Of a DNA stretch of 64,000 bases, positions 46,111-56,047 are shown in pieces. Position numbers and translations under genes: made by a program. The notes under the pieces are model-generated. The model had not been told where the DNA came from. It searched no databases and was given only the letters and a program-made list of their open reading frames with translations. This DNA comes from a virus: the IMG/VR virus record IMGVR_UViG_3300042464_000422; one strand, written 5' to 3'. The number at the start of each line of letters is the position of its first letter. Position 1 is the stretch's first letter.

Positions 46111-47221
46111 ACAATACCAAGAATTACTCCAAACCATATTGGATTACGGAGTTGAAAAGAAAGACAGAACAGGTACAGGAACCAAAAGTATTTTTGGTTA
46201 TACCATTCGTCATAATATGCAAGATGGATTTCCAGTTCTTACAACCAAGAAAATGGCTTGGAAACAAATTGTAACTGAATTATTATGGTTTTTAAGAGGA
46301 GATACCAACATTAAGTTTTTAGTTGACAATGGTTGTCACATTTGGGATGGTGATTGCTTTGCCAATTACATTAGAAATTTTTCTAAATATGTAGATTCAT
46401 TACCTGAAAATGGTGAAGCAGAATTTATTATTAACAAAGATAAGTTCATCAACAAAATCAAAACAGATGATGAATTTGCAAAGAAGTGGGGTGAATTAGG
46501 TCCTGTGTATGGTAAGCAATGGAGACATTGGACGGTATCCACAAATGACGAGTTAGATCCTAATCGAAAAATACCTGGAGGGTACAGATACAGCAATGGA
46601 GAATATACGGAAACCTACATAGACCAAATCGCAAACCTAATCAACGACCTTAAAACAAACCCAGACAGTAGACGTTTGATGGTAAATGCTTGGAATGTTG
46701 GAGAGATGGACCAAATGACTCTTCCACCTTGTCATTATGGATTTCAAGTTTATACAAGAGAGTTGAGTTTGAATGAGAAATGGGAACAATATACTAAATC
46801 AGGACTAAATATAGAAATAAATGGAACACCATTAGAATTAAAACATATGGGAACTCCATTCTATCCTAAATTATTACCACAACGAGCAATCTCTTTAATG
46901 TGGAATCAACGTTCAGTAGATACATTCTTAGGTTTACCATTCAACATCGCGTCTTACGGATTATTACTTACAATCTTGGCAAAAGAAGTGAATATGGTTC
47001 CTGACCAATTGATTGGAAACTTGGGTGATACTCATTTATACTTAAATCATATTGAACAGGCAAAAGAACAGATTGGTAGAGAACCATTTGAGTTACCAAC
47101 ACTAAATCAGTTCCCAACTTATGAAGGATCAAGACCAAGTATTGAATCTTATGTTGTTGGTGATTTTACACTAAAAGATTATCAATCACACCCCTCTATT
47201 AAAGCACCACTATCAAATTAA
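46088..47221 (+). CDS. thyA: thymidylate synthase (ThyA) with three insertions
   Basis: Landmarks collinear with E. coli ThyA: DRTGTGT, LPPCH..FQ.Y, QRS.D.FLGLPFNIASY (Asn retained), GD.HLY.NH. Confidence 0.9.
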   Translation: MKMNKLDKQYQELLQTILDYGVEKKDRTGTGTKSIFGYTIRHNMQDGFPVLTTKKMAWKQIVTELLWFLRGDTNIKFLVDNGCHIWDGDCFANYIRNFSKYVDSLPENGEAEFIINKDKFINKIKTDDEFAKKWGELGPVYGKQWRHWTVSTNDELDPNRKIPGGYRYSNGEYTETYIDQIANLINDLKTNPDSRRLMVNAWNVGEMDQMTLPPCHYGFQVYTRELSLNEKWEQYTKSGLNIEINGTPLELKHMGTPFYPKLLPQRAISLMWNQRSVDTFLGLPFNIASYGLLLTILAKEVNMVPDQLIGNLGDTHLYLNHIEQAKEQIGREPFELPTLNQFPTYEGSRPSIESYVVGDFTLKDYQSHPSIKAPLSN

Positions 47222-47225
47222 AATT

Positions 47226-47459
47226 ATGAGAACAAACACACCGTGGGATGACCCACAATTATCAGACGGAGATTTCCCGTCAAACCAACCTAAGTTTAGA
47301 GTTGGGGACAAAGCAATTAAAGTAAAAGGGTATAAGTTCCCATGTACAATCGTATCGGTATTCCAAACAGTGGAAGGAAATGTACGAGTTGTAGGTGAGA
47401 TGGATGAATACGGATTATTACATATTTTTAACGAAGAACAATTAGAAAAAACAAATTAA
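47226..47459 (+). CDS. hypothetical protein
   Basis: 77-aa ORF. Confidence 0.45.
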   Translation: MRTNTPWDDPQLSDGDFPSNQPKFRVGDKAIKVKGYKFPCTIVSVFQTVEGNVRVVGEMDEYGLLHIFNEEQLEKTN

Positions 47460-47460
47460 G

Positions 47461-48183
47461 ATGGATTACGGAAAAGAGTTTAGAAGTTTTGCAAAGAGCA
47501 AAGGAATTAATTCACTGGTATTAGATCAGTTTGAAAATGGTTTAACACCATACATTTTGGAAGAACGAGAAATGAGAGCAACGCAAATGGATATTTTCTC
47601 CAGATTGATGCGTGATCGTATCTTATGGGTATCAGGACCTGTTAATCAATATATGTCTGATATTGTTCAGGCTCAATTATTGTTTCTTGATTCTGTTGAG
47701 AAAAAAGATATCACATTATACATTAATTCACCTGGTGGATCTGTGTTATGTGGGTTAGGAATTGTTGATCTTATGAACTTTGTAAATTCAGATGTGGCGA
47801 CAACAAACATTGGGATGTGTGCATCAATGGGATCGGTATTATTATCTGCGGGAGCAAAAGGAAAACGATCATCTTTGATTTATTCAAAAGTAATGACACA
47901 CCAAGTGAGTCATGGTACGCAAGGTAATGTTCAGGATACACGTATTAATCAAATGGAAGCGGAGAAGTACAATTATGTATTATTCAAAATGATTGCTGAA
48001 AATTGCGGTAAATCTTTTGAAGAAGTGTTGGAGTTTTCAAGACGAGATCGTTGGTACAATTCTGATGAAGCATTGGCATTCGGTTTAGTTGATGAAGTTA
48101 TTGGAGCGGATAAAAATAAATCTATAACACAAATGTTAGAAGGATTTGATGATTACTACCAAAAAGAAGTAATGACTAAATGA
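47461..48183 (+). CDS. clpP: ClpP-family serine protease
   Basis: TTNIGMCASMGSVLLSAGAKGKR (active-site Ser context) and MTHQ (His) are collinear with ClpP. INSPGG near the N-terminus. Confidence 0.8.
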   Translation: MDYGKEFRSFAKSKGINSLVLDQFENGLTPYILEEREMRATQMDIFSRLMRDRILWVSGPVNQYMSDIVQAQLLFLDSVEKKDITLYINSPGGSVLCGLGIVDLMNFVNSDVATTNIGMCASMGSVLLSAGAKGKRSSLIYSKVMTHQVSHGTQGNVQDTRINQMEAEKYNYVLFKMIAENCGKSFEEVLEFSRRDRWYNSDEALAFGLVDEVIGADKNKSITQMLEGFDDYYQKEVMTK

Positions 48184-48419
48184 TTATGGAACCAACCCAA
48201 GAAATATTCAATGAAATGAGAAAAGCCGCAATCTCAATTTGGAGAGATTGTGATAATAGATTTGGATATGCAACAGAAAAAATTAAAAGAGTAAATTCAA
48301 TAGAAAATGTGTCAGACAATGCGATGGTATTCTATCGTATGTTTGACCATTGGAATAAACAATTAATGGTCTCCAAATTAAGTGAGGAGGCAATAAACTA
48401 TATTAATAGTAATAAATAA
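48180..48419 (+). CDS. hypothetical protein
   Basis: 79-aa ORF with an ATGA overlap. Confidence 0.45.
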   Translation: MIMEPTQEIFNEMRKAAISIWRDCDNRFGYATEKIKRVNSIENVSDNAMVFYRMFDHWNKQLMVSKLSEEAINYINSNK

Positions 48420-48721
48420 TGAGTGAAAAAATTATATTAAAAGAAACGGTAAGTAAAGAAAAAGTTCAGGTTGATAAAACCCCTAAGAAAAAATATTATA
48501 AACCTAGAAAGAAAAAAGAGGATGGTGATTTAAATCACGAAATTCAAAATTCTGAAAAACCATTTGTTGCTCAAAATGATTTTAAAATGACTAACACAGT
48601 TGGTAGATATTCAATCGGTGGAGGGAAAAAGTTTTCTATTTATTTGGATAAAAAACCAAATTGGTTACATAGAAAATGTATGAAATTATTTTTAGGTTGG
48701 ACTTGGGAAGATAATAAGTAA
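48419..48721 (+). CDS. hypothetical basic protein
   Basis: 100-aa ORF. Confidence 0.45.
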   Translation: MSEKIILKETVSKEKVQVDKTPKKKYYKPRKKKEDGDLNHEIQNSEKPFVAQNDFKMTNTVGRYSIGGGKKFSIYLDKKPNWLHRKCMKLFLGWTWEDNK

Positions 48722-48815
48722 AAATAAAAAGTAAATAAAAAATTAATAAATTTTATTGTCTTTGGGTTTTTTATGATATTTATGAATATCAAATTAACCT
48801 TTAAAAACAATATTA

Positions 48816-50726
48816 ATGTCTAAATTATTAAAAGTATTATTTACTTTATTTTTATTATCTCCGTTATTTGTGTTTTCACAAGTTCCTGCAGCACCATCTA
48901 ATGGTTTATGGGGAATTATTGCATCACAATATCAAGTCGGAACAACGGCTCAAGGAACTACTACAGCCAAAATTACATTACAAAATACGACCCTTACAAA
49001 ATTTGCGGGGGTCCAATTCAGGGTCTTCTACGATAAAGTTGCCTTTACAAACGCAACTGTATCGTTGATAGGTTCAACAACTAACTTAGATCTTCAATCT
49101 ATAACCAAGACTGCAAATGGTTATATAACTGTTACTTTAAGTTATACAGGTCCAAGTGCAACGTACACAATTGCAAATGGTGAAAGATTTTTAATCACTT
49201 TTACTCACGCACCTGCCGCTACGTTCAACAACTTAGCTTCCATCAGTAACTTAACATGGACAGGGGTTCAAACATTCACACCATATGCGGCAAAACAAGA
49301 TGGTATGGACACTACGTTAAGTGTTCATAACTACGGTGGTGTATTCACTCCTGTAAACTTTGCTTACAACGGAACATTTACAAACGTAACTGGTACGGCA
49401 GCAAAAACATTACACTTGGCTTTGGAAAGAAGACCATTCGGTGGGAATACTTGGACACAACACTCCACATATGTTACAGATAACAACGGCGCCTTTGCTA
49501 TTTCAGTTCCTTTAGATACTACTTATTGGGATGTGCGTTTAGCGGTTAAAGGAGACACTATGGGAGTTGGAAACATTATCTCATCAACAGATGCTCAGTT
49601 AATCAATCAATGGGTATTGGGTAACGGTAATATGACAGGATTTGACTACTATACTGCAGATGTTAATGGTTCAAACAACACAACTATCTCTGATGTATGG
49701 GGTGTGTTTGGTAGAGTATCGGGTAGATTTACACAATGGCCTAACAACATAGAAGATGTTAAATTCTTCACGGCTTCTGAATACACAACAATCAACGGTT
49801 CAGCAACCAACTACACGTCAACTATCGCAGGTGTAACTAACTTCACATTTGAAATTTTACCGGGTCAACCATCCTCTGTAACATATTATGTAATGGTACC
49901 GGGTGATGCGAATGGAACAGGTTATAACATGGCTCGTGTAACTCCAATTGAAGTATTGGTTGGACCAGCACCTGGATTACAAAATCAAATCTATAATGTT
50001 ATTGACACAAAAGTAGAATATGATTTTCCAACACAATCTATTGAAGTAAATGTACCAAACATTTCAGTACAAGCAGGTAACTTAGTTGAACTTCCTGTGA
50101 CTCTTAAAACTAATGGTATTGAATTAAGTTCATTACAATTTGGTTTAAAATATGATGATACCTTATTACAATTTAAAGGTGTTATTTCATCTGCGGGAGC
50201 AATGAAATGGTTGACATACATTAACCCTAATGATAGTGAAGTTGATTGGGGTGGTTTTGATCCTACAAATAACACTAATACATTAAAAGATGGTGATCAA
50301 GTAGTTACATTACAATTCATAGCGTTACAGCCACAAAATTTATGGGAAGCAAGTCCTTTATATACCACAAGAAAATTTGCCGGAAATACATACTCAAGTG
50401 ATTTAACATTGACTCCGACAAATGGAATTCTTCAAGTATTAAAAATGGAAGGTGGTGAAATATTAAGTGGTAATAATATGGAGGTATATCCTAACCCATA
50501 TCAAGATGAAGTTACAATCACATTTAAAGTTGAAGAAACAACAAATGCTACATTATCTGTGTATGATTTGGTTGGTAGAAAATTAGTTACAATCTTAGAT
50601 ACACAAATACCTGATGGAATTTATAACTACACTAAAAATTTAGGGGAATTAAAACCTGGTGTATATATAGTGAAACTTTCTGTTGAAAATGGAACACCAT
50701 CATTTGAGAGAATAGTAAAACAATAA
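48816..50726 (+). CDS. secreted protein with a signal peptide and a C-terminal T9SS (Por) sorting domain
   Basis: N-terminal MSKLLKVLFTLFLLSPLFVFSQ. C-terminal ...MEVYPNPYQDEVTITFKV...LSVYDLVGRKLV...GVYIVKLSVENGTPSFERIVKQ matches the T9SS type-A CTD pattern. Confidence 0.75.
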   Translation: MSKLLKVLFTLFLLSPLFVFSQVPAAPSNGLWGIIASQYQVGTTAQGTTTAKITLQNTTLTKFAGVQFRVFYDKVAFTNATVSLIGSTTNLDLQSITKTANGYITVTLSYTGPSATYTIANGERFLITFTHAPAATFNNLASISNLTWTGVQTFTPYAAKQDGMDTTLSVHNYGGVFTPVNFAYNGTFTNVTGTAAKTLHLALERRPFGGNTWTQHSTYVTDNNGAFAISVPLDTTYWDVRLAVKGDTMGVGNIISSTDAQLINQWVLGNGNMTGFDYYTADVNGSNNTTISDVWGVFGRVSGRFTQWPNNIEDVKFFTASEYTTINGSATNYTSTIAGVTNFTFEILPGQPSSVTYYVMVPGDANGTGYNMARVTPIEVLVGPAPGLQNQIYNVIDTKVEYDFPTQSIEVNVPNISVQAGNLVELPVTLKTNGIELSSLQFGLKYDDTLLQFKGVISSAGAMKWLTYINPNDSEVDWGGFDPTNNTNTLKDGDQVVTLQFIALQPQNLWEASPLYTTRKFAGNTYSSDLTLTPTNGILQVLKMEGGEILSGNNMEVYPNPYQDEVTITFKVEETTNATLSVYDLVGRKLVTILDTQIPDGIYNYTKNLGELKPGVYIVKLSVENGTPSFERIVKQ

Positions 50727-50744
50727 ACAAATAAAATAACAAAA

Positions 50745-51083
50745 ATGTCAGAAGAACAAACACAAGAAACGAACGACGGAACTTGGTCAGGATTGAAAAA
50801 AACAATCATTGGAACATTAACAACTGTAATTGCTGGTGGTGGAGTATGGGTTAGTACGTTAATATTTGGTGGGGGAGATGAACCTGCTGAAGAAACAAAA
50901 ACAGAACAACCTGCAAGTCAACCTGTAATTAATCTTAATGTACAGCAAAATCAAGAAAATAAACAAAAAACTGAGAACAATAACGGTGGTGGTGTAGTTC
51001 GTGAGAGAATTATCGAAAGACCGGCACAACAACCGCAAGCACAACCTGAAAAACCAAAAAAGGTTGAGGAAGAATCTTGGTAA
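50745..51083 (+). CDS. single-TM protein with a disordered Q/P/E-rich tail
   Basis: TM segment GTLTTVIAGGGVWVSTLIFGG, then low complexity. Confidence 0.45.
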   Translation: MSEEQTQETNDGTWSGLKKTIIGTLTTVIAGGGVWVSTLIFGGGDEPAEETKTEQPASQPVINLNVQQNQENKQKTENNNGGGVVRERIIERPAQQPQAQPEKPKKVEEESW

Positions 51084-51100
51084 TAAACAATTAAAATAAA

Positions 51101-51463
51101 ATGAAAAAAATGTCATTCTTAAAAAATTTATTAAACAGTGGATCAAATGAGTTTACGAAAGTAGAAAACTCACAACGTTTTAACTTTATGTTACAACAAA
51201 TGCAATCAAACAGATGGAAGATCACACTTATCATCTTATTAACATTTTTCTTTATCATCTTCGGTATTGTGTTATCGGTTATGTTTAAAGCATCGATCCA
51301 AGAATCTTGGAAAGAATTGTTATTGTTACTTTTAGGTGCATTCGTTGGTAACTTAAACAAAGTAATTGACTATTGGTTCTCTAATGAGGATAGAGATAAA
51401 ATGTTAGTTCAAAAAATGGACGAGGAAGATAACTCATCTGAATCTGATGTAACAGAAATCTAA
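51101..51463 (+). CDS. small membrane protein
   Basis: TM segments ITLIILLTFFFIIFGIVLSVMF and LLLLLLGAFVG. Confidence 0.45.
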   Translation: MKKMSFLKNLLNSGSNEFTKVENSQRFNFMLQQMQSNRWKITLIILLTFFFIIFGIVLSVMFKASIQESWKELLLLLLGAFVGNLNKVIDYWFSNEDRDKMLVQKMDEEDNSSESDVTEI

Positions 51464-51464
51464 T

Positions 51465-52208
51465 ATGAAAAGAATAGTATTCATACTTTCAATATTCACA
51501 TTATTTAGTTGTAAAACTTTACAAGCCCAGCCCCCACAAAACAGTGGGGGTATTGGTTCTGTAAAAACTGAACAATATCAAGCTGAATTTGAAAAGAAAC
51601 AATCAATTACAGATGTTGCCGAATACACTGATACAATACAAGTTCCTATCCAATTGTTAAAGATTGGTATTAACGAAGAATTGTATGAGTTATATCCTGA
51701 ACTTAAAGACAAACGAGTTGGTTTGGGGGTAACAAACATTGTAATTGAGTATTTGGAGTATACGGGTAGATTTGTATTTACCGAAGAAAAGGAGGACATC
51801 AAACAACGAATGATTGCTCAGGACAAAGCATCTGACAAAGGAATTTCGGTTAATAAAATTGATGTGAAAGGAAATGTAATTTTAGCAAAATATTTTGTGT
51901 ATATTGAGGTTTATGACTTTAGTGTTTCGGAAGATGAAGTGGTAAAAGTTAATGGGCAGCAGACAACAACACAAACAACAAGATTAGGATTACAAATTAA
52001 ATTTGTAGATGCTGAGACAAGTCAAGTGATCGTTGGATCTGGATTAGGTGAGGCAAGTACAGTAAAAACCTCAACTATCTTGGGGGACATCTCAGACGAT
52101 GTTAAATTCAACCAATCAACAATTGGTATAACAACAAAGAAGGCGTTGGAAACCGCATCTTCAAGGGTAGTGACACGACTTATTACAAAAGGTGTCTTTA
52201 AAAATTGA
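51465..52208 (+). CDS. CsgG-like lipoprotein (lipobox LFSC)
   Basis: Lipobox MKRIVFILSIFTLFSC. LGVTNIVIEYLEYTGRFVFTEEKEDIKQRM resembles the CsgG-family signature (..TDMLITAL..SGRF.VLER..L). Confidence 0.45.
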   Translation: MKRIVFILSIFTLFSCKTLQAQPPQNSGGIGSVKTEQYQAEFEKKQSITDVAEYTDTIQVPIQLLKIGINEELYELYPELKDKRVGLGVTNIVIEYLEYTGRFVFTEEKEDIKQRMIAQDKASDKGISVNKIDVKGNVILAKYFVYIEVYDFSVSEDEVVKVNGQQTTTQTTRLGLQIKFVDAETSQVIVGSGLGEASTVKTSTILGDISDDVKFNQSTIGITTKKALETASSRVVTRLITKGVFKN

Positions 52209-53800
52209 GATTAAATGTATTCATACTATTGTTCTTTTGCGTGTTTGGGTTCCTAAACCTGAACGCGCAAACTTACAATTATAGTTACTCTGATCCCTGT
52301 ACAGGGAATGTTAAAACGATAGTAGTACCAATTAATGGAAACGTAACAGTTTCGTACTACGGATCAATCGGGTCGTTTAGTCAAAACGATTTTACAAACG
52401 GAACATTTGATGCTTGGACTAATAACATATTTTCACAATATGGTACGAATAGTCCTTGCTCTGAAATAGTGGGGTTAGGGACTGCGGTTAATGTGACTCA
52501 AGGTACTGCCTTAAATGTCATTGGAATTCTTAATTCACTCTCATCAATTTCTGATTTAGCTGGCGGATCTACCAATTTAATAGGTGGATCTGTAACTACC
52601 ATTAATAATACGGGTGGGAATAATAATTCTAAAAATAACAAAGGAGGGAATAATTCCCAAAATGGAAGTGGTAATAATACAACAAATACTAATAACACCA
52701 CAACCAATAATAATCAAAATCAAACAAATGGAACAGGTAACACTAATGAAGGAAGTACAACCACTTCTGGAACAAATGAAACAAGTTCAAACGGAGGAAA
52801 TGGAACCCCTAATCAAAATGTTGGAACTCAAAATCCAACACAAGCAGGAGGAACTACAACTCAAGGTGGATCAAATGAAAATGGAAATACATCGTCTAAC
52901 ACGACTGTAAATGGTGAAACATCTGAAACACCAATAAATAATCAAACAACAACTGAAAATGGAAATAATGGTAGCAATCCTAGTGTCCCTAATAATGGGA
53001 GTAATGGTGGTAATGGGGGTAATGGGTCTGGTTCAGGAAATAATCAGACGGAAGAAGGTAATACGACAACTGAAGGAACGGAAGAAGGTGGACAAACAAA
53101 TATAACGGGTGGAGCAACCACAACGGTTAAAGCGTCCCCAACAAGTAAGGAAGGTGGGAAACCTACTATCGTTGCAAGTGGTGATTTTGTTGGTTTTAAC
53201 TTTAGGAATTCTGAGGTTAACACAGGTTTAAAGGTTACAGGTGGTTACACCGCAATGAGATGGGATGGTAAAAGAAGTTCAGGTATTTTGGGGGATTACA
53301 CATCCGCTCTTAGAGGTCCCAATATAACTGCTTTCTATGCCTTTATTAGATCTAAATCAATTGTGATAGGGTCAGGTACTTTAACTATTGGATTTGAGGG
53401 GAATAAATCATTATATGGTACAATAGCGGTAGGTCAAATGTTTTCATTTAAAAAACCTAAATCACTTAAACTATTATATATGGGTACGGTATCTTATGGT
53501 CAAGTATATAGAGAATCTTTTTTAGGTACCGCATTAATTGCGGGAGCAACTTATGATTTGAAGATCGGAAAACGATTAGATATTAAATTAATGAACTTAC
53601 TGGTTTACGCACCTTATGTTAGTTATTATAATGATGTTGTATTAAAATCACCTTATGTAATGTTACCAAGTATTGGGACAAACATAAAATTAACTAAAAA
53701 GTTTAAATTTAACATAAACGCCGGTGGTGCTTGGGATTTGAAAACAAGTGCTTTAAATTATACAGTAACGTGTGGAGCAAGAATGTTAGTAGGACAGTAA
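52205..53800 (+). CDS. secreted N/G/T/S-rich low-complexity protein with a C-terminal beta-barrel-like domain (TTG start)
   Basis: Signal peptide MRLNVFILLFFCVFGFLNLNAQ, about 250 aa of N/G/T-rich low complexity, and a C-terminus with alternating hydrophobic beta-strand periodicity. Confidence 0.55.
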   Translation: MRLNVFILLFFCVFGFLNLNAQTYNYSYSDPCTGNVKTIVVPINGNVTVSYYGSIGSFSQNDFTNGTFDAWTNNIFSQYGTNSPCSEIVGLGTAVNVTQGTALNVIGILNSLSSISDLAGGSTNLIGGSVTTINNTGGNNNSKNNKGGNNSQNGSGNNTTNTNNTTTNNNQNQTNGTGNTNEGSTTTSGTNETSSNGGNGTPNQNVGTQNPTQAGGTTTQGGSNENGNTSSNTTVNGETSETPINNQTTTENGNNGSNPSVPNNGSNGGNGGNGSGSGNNQTEEGNTTTEGTEEGGQTNITGGATTTVKASPTSKEGGKPTIVASGDFVGFNFRNSEVNTGLKVTGGYTAMRWDGKRSSGILGDYTSALRGPNITAFYAFIRSKSIVIGSGTLTIGFEGNKSLYGTIAVGQMFSFKKPKSLKLLYMGTVSYGQVYRESFLGTALIAGATYDLKIGKRLDIKLMNLLVYAPYVSYYNDVVLKSPYVMLPSIGTNIKLTKKFKFNINAGGAWDLKTSALNYTVTCGARMLVGQ

Positions 53801-55458
53801 TAACAATAACGTTATTATTATTTTCATTTAATGGAATGTCTCAGAATTTTACATATTCGGGATACATTTATAATGCGGATGGAACAGGTGCGGTTAATGT
53901 ACCTGTTAAGTTATATAAAAGAACTACACCTACATTGGCGGGGTTTACGTCTCAAACAAATTACAACGGACATTCATATTATCGTTCAACAGGATCAATG
54001 ACTTGGACAAGTGCAAAAACTGCTTGTGAAAATATGGGTGGACATTTGGCAACAGTTTCAAACGCCGCTGAAAATAACTTTTTATTTAATACTTGGCCAT
54101 CGGGTTGGATTGGATATTACCAAGATAGAGTTGCGGGATATACTTACTCCGAACCATTGGGTGGATATAGATGGACAGAAACTAAGGTCACAAGTGGTTT
54201 AGGTGCTGACTATGATGTCTCATCTTATACATCAAGCCCAACTTTAGTTGATATTAAATCATCGGTAAACGCGACATTATATAATTCCCCTATCTACTCA
54301 AGTACGGGAGGCAAATATTTAACATTCAATGGATCTAATCAATATGCAATAACTAATAATTTGGCATCACAATTTTCTTCAACTGCAATATCGGTAGTTG
54401 CTTGGGTTTACCCAACAGGAAATGGTGTGATTGCATCTGAATTAAATGTTCCAAGTACATCATCGGGTTGGCACGAATCAATTATGGAAATTACAGGGTC
54501 AAATACTTTACGAGTAGGATTTTGGAATGGTATAGGTATTACACAATTAAGTACACCAATTACATTAAACACATGGAATATGGTTTGTCTTACTTATGAT
54601 GGAACGACAATGAGAGGTTATTTAAATAACGTAAGTTTTGGAAGTGTAAACTTTTCTCGTCAAGCTGCATTTATTCATGGAGGAAATGGACAACAACATT
54701 TTGCATTTGGGTTGAGTGATGCAACCAATATGGGTTCAGGTGCGTTCGGGTCATTTAGATTAGGTGTCATCCAATTCTTTGACCGAGCAATTACCGTAGA
54801 TGAAATTGATAGAACATTTAATTTATATGCTTATAGATACAGAACAAATCAATATGCTAATTGGAATCCAGGTGAACCAAATAACTCAAGTAATGAAGAT
54901 TATACACAATTTGTTGGTGGTGGTATGTGGAATGATTTGGCGAACTCATCTTTACCTTATGTTATAGAATTTGATTATATTAACGACTTTACACCTTGGG
55001 TACTACACCAAACGGTTTATACTAATTCATCCGGTTATTATAGTTTTTCACAACCAACAAACCCAGCAACAGAATGGTACATACAATACGATGCAATGAC
55101 ACCAGTAACTACATTACAAGTAACGGATATGGTTGAAGTTTCTAAATTGGTTTTGGGAACAACTGCAATTAAAAGTATTCACTATCATAGATATGATGTT
55201 AATTATGATGGTAAAATAAATGTGGCTGATGAAAATTATATTAATCTAAGACGTTATGGTTTTAAATTAGGATGGATTACAATGACACCTTCTAGATTAT
55301 TCACACCTATCCAATATACAACATTAACAACAAATACATCAGACATGAGAATATCAATTCCTGGTGTATCATCTATAACAATAAACTCACCTGTAAGTGG
55401 GGGATCACAAAACTACTATCTGATTGCTCCTGGGTATAAAACAACCGTAAATTATTAA
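53731..55458 (+). CDS. secreted C-type-lectin / LamG-like / dockerin-like multidomain protein (start may be GTG 53770)
   Basis: Two C-type-lectin-like segments (WTSAKTACENMGGHLATV...; NWNPGEPNN...WNDL), a ConA-like segment (LTFNGSNQYAITNN...), and a dockerin/EF-hand-like YDVNYDGKINVADE. Signal peptide ...LLLFSFNGMSQ. Confidence 0.6.
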   Translation: MGFENKCFKLYSNVWSKNVSRTVITITLLLFSFNGMSQNFTYSGYIYNADGTGAVNVPVKLYKRTTPTLAGFTSQTNYNGHSYYRSTGSMTWTSAKTACENMGGHLATVSNAAENNFLFNTWPSGWIGYYQDRVAGYTYSEPLGGYRWTETKVTSGLGADYDVSSYTSSPTLVDIKSSVNATLYNSPIYSSTGGKYLTFNGSNQYAITNNLASQFSSTAISVVAWVYPTGNGVIASELNVPSTSSGWHESIMEITGSNTLRVGFWNGIGITQLSTPITLNTWNMVCLTYDGTTMRGYLNNVSFGSVNFSRQAAFIHGGNGQQHFAFGLSDATNMGSGAFGSFRLGVIQFFDRAITVDEIDRTFNLYAYRYRTNQYANWNPGEPNNSSNEDYTQFVGGGMWNDLANSSLPYVIEFDYINDFTPWVLHQTVYTNSSGYYSFSQPTNPATEWYIQYDAMTPVTTLQVTDMVEVSKLVLGTTAIKSIHYHRYDVNYDGKINVADENYINLRRYGFKLGWITMTPSRLFTPIQYTTLTTNTSDMRISIPGVSSITINSPVSGGSQNYYLIAPGYKTTVNY

Positions 55459-55459
55459 A

Positions 55460-56047
55460 ATGAAAAATTTATTACTAACGTTATTATTAACATTACCATT
55501 ATTCGTATTCAGTCAGAAAACATTAAGAGATTCAATTTACATCAAAACTGATATGTTTGAGATTGTTTATTCTGAAAAATTACAACAACCTAAATTCATA
55601 CGTTATAGCGTTCCATGTCCTAATGGGACTGCTTCAAGAAAAGGGATGGATTTTTATGTTTGTGATTCAATCCTTACTTCAGATAATAAGGATTATGAAA
55701 ATAATCCATACGACAAAGGTCATTTAGCTCCAGCGGCAAACTTTAGTTGTACAAAAGATATGATGTATAGGACTTTTACGTATTTGAATTGTTCTTTACA
55801 GCAAGAAAATCTTAATAGAACTACGTGGAGATTATTAGAAGCGAGAGAAAGAGAATTAGCAAAGACACAGACGGTAACGGTTGAAATCCGATGCGTATTT
55901 ACGTCTAAATCAATTGTTTTACCTTCAGGTGCTACAATTCCTGATGGATATTATAAAACAATAAAATATGGTAAAACAATGGAAAGATATTACTTTAAGA
56001 ATGAGAAACCATTATCAACCGATTATACAAAATACAAAATAAAATGA
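55460..56047 (+). CDS. secreted DNA/RNA non-specific endonuclease (Serratia-nuclease family)
   Basis: Signal peptide ...LFVFSQ; active-site-like DKGHLAPAANF corresponds to the family's DRGH motif. Confidence 0.65.
   Translation: MKNLLLTLLLTLPLFVFSQKTLRDSIYIKTDMFEIVYSEKLQQPKFIRYSVPCPNGTASRKGMDFYVCDSILTSDNKDYENNPYDKGHLAPAANFSCTKDMMYRTFTYLNCSLQQENLNRTTWRLLEARERELAKTQTVTVEIRCVFTSKSIVLPSGATIPDGYYKTIKYGKTMERYYFKNEKPLSTDYTKYKIK

Noticed and set aside
52614-52910. Plus-strand alternative-frame ORFs inside larger genes (782..1051, 4708..4893, 12822..13028, 29261..29524, 42689..42886, 48868..49068, 52614..52910, 54011..54202, 59665..59847, 61496..61741)
   Set aside because: These are out-of-frame overlaps within confidently called genes (DnaK-like coding density, N-rich low complexity, and so on) with no independent support.
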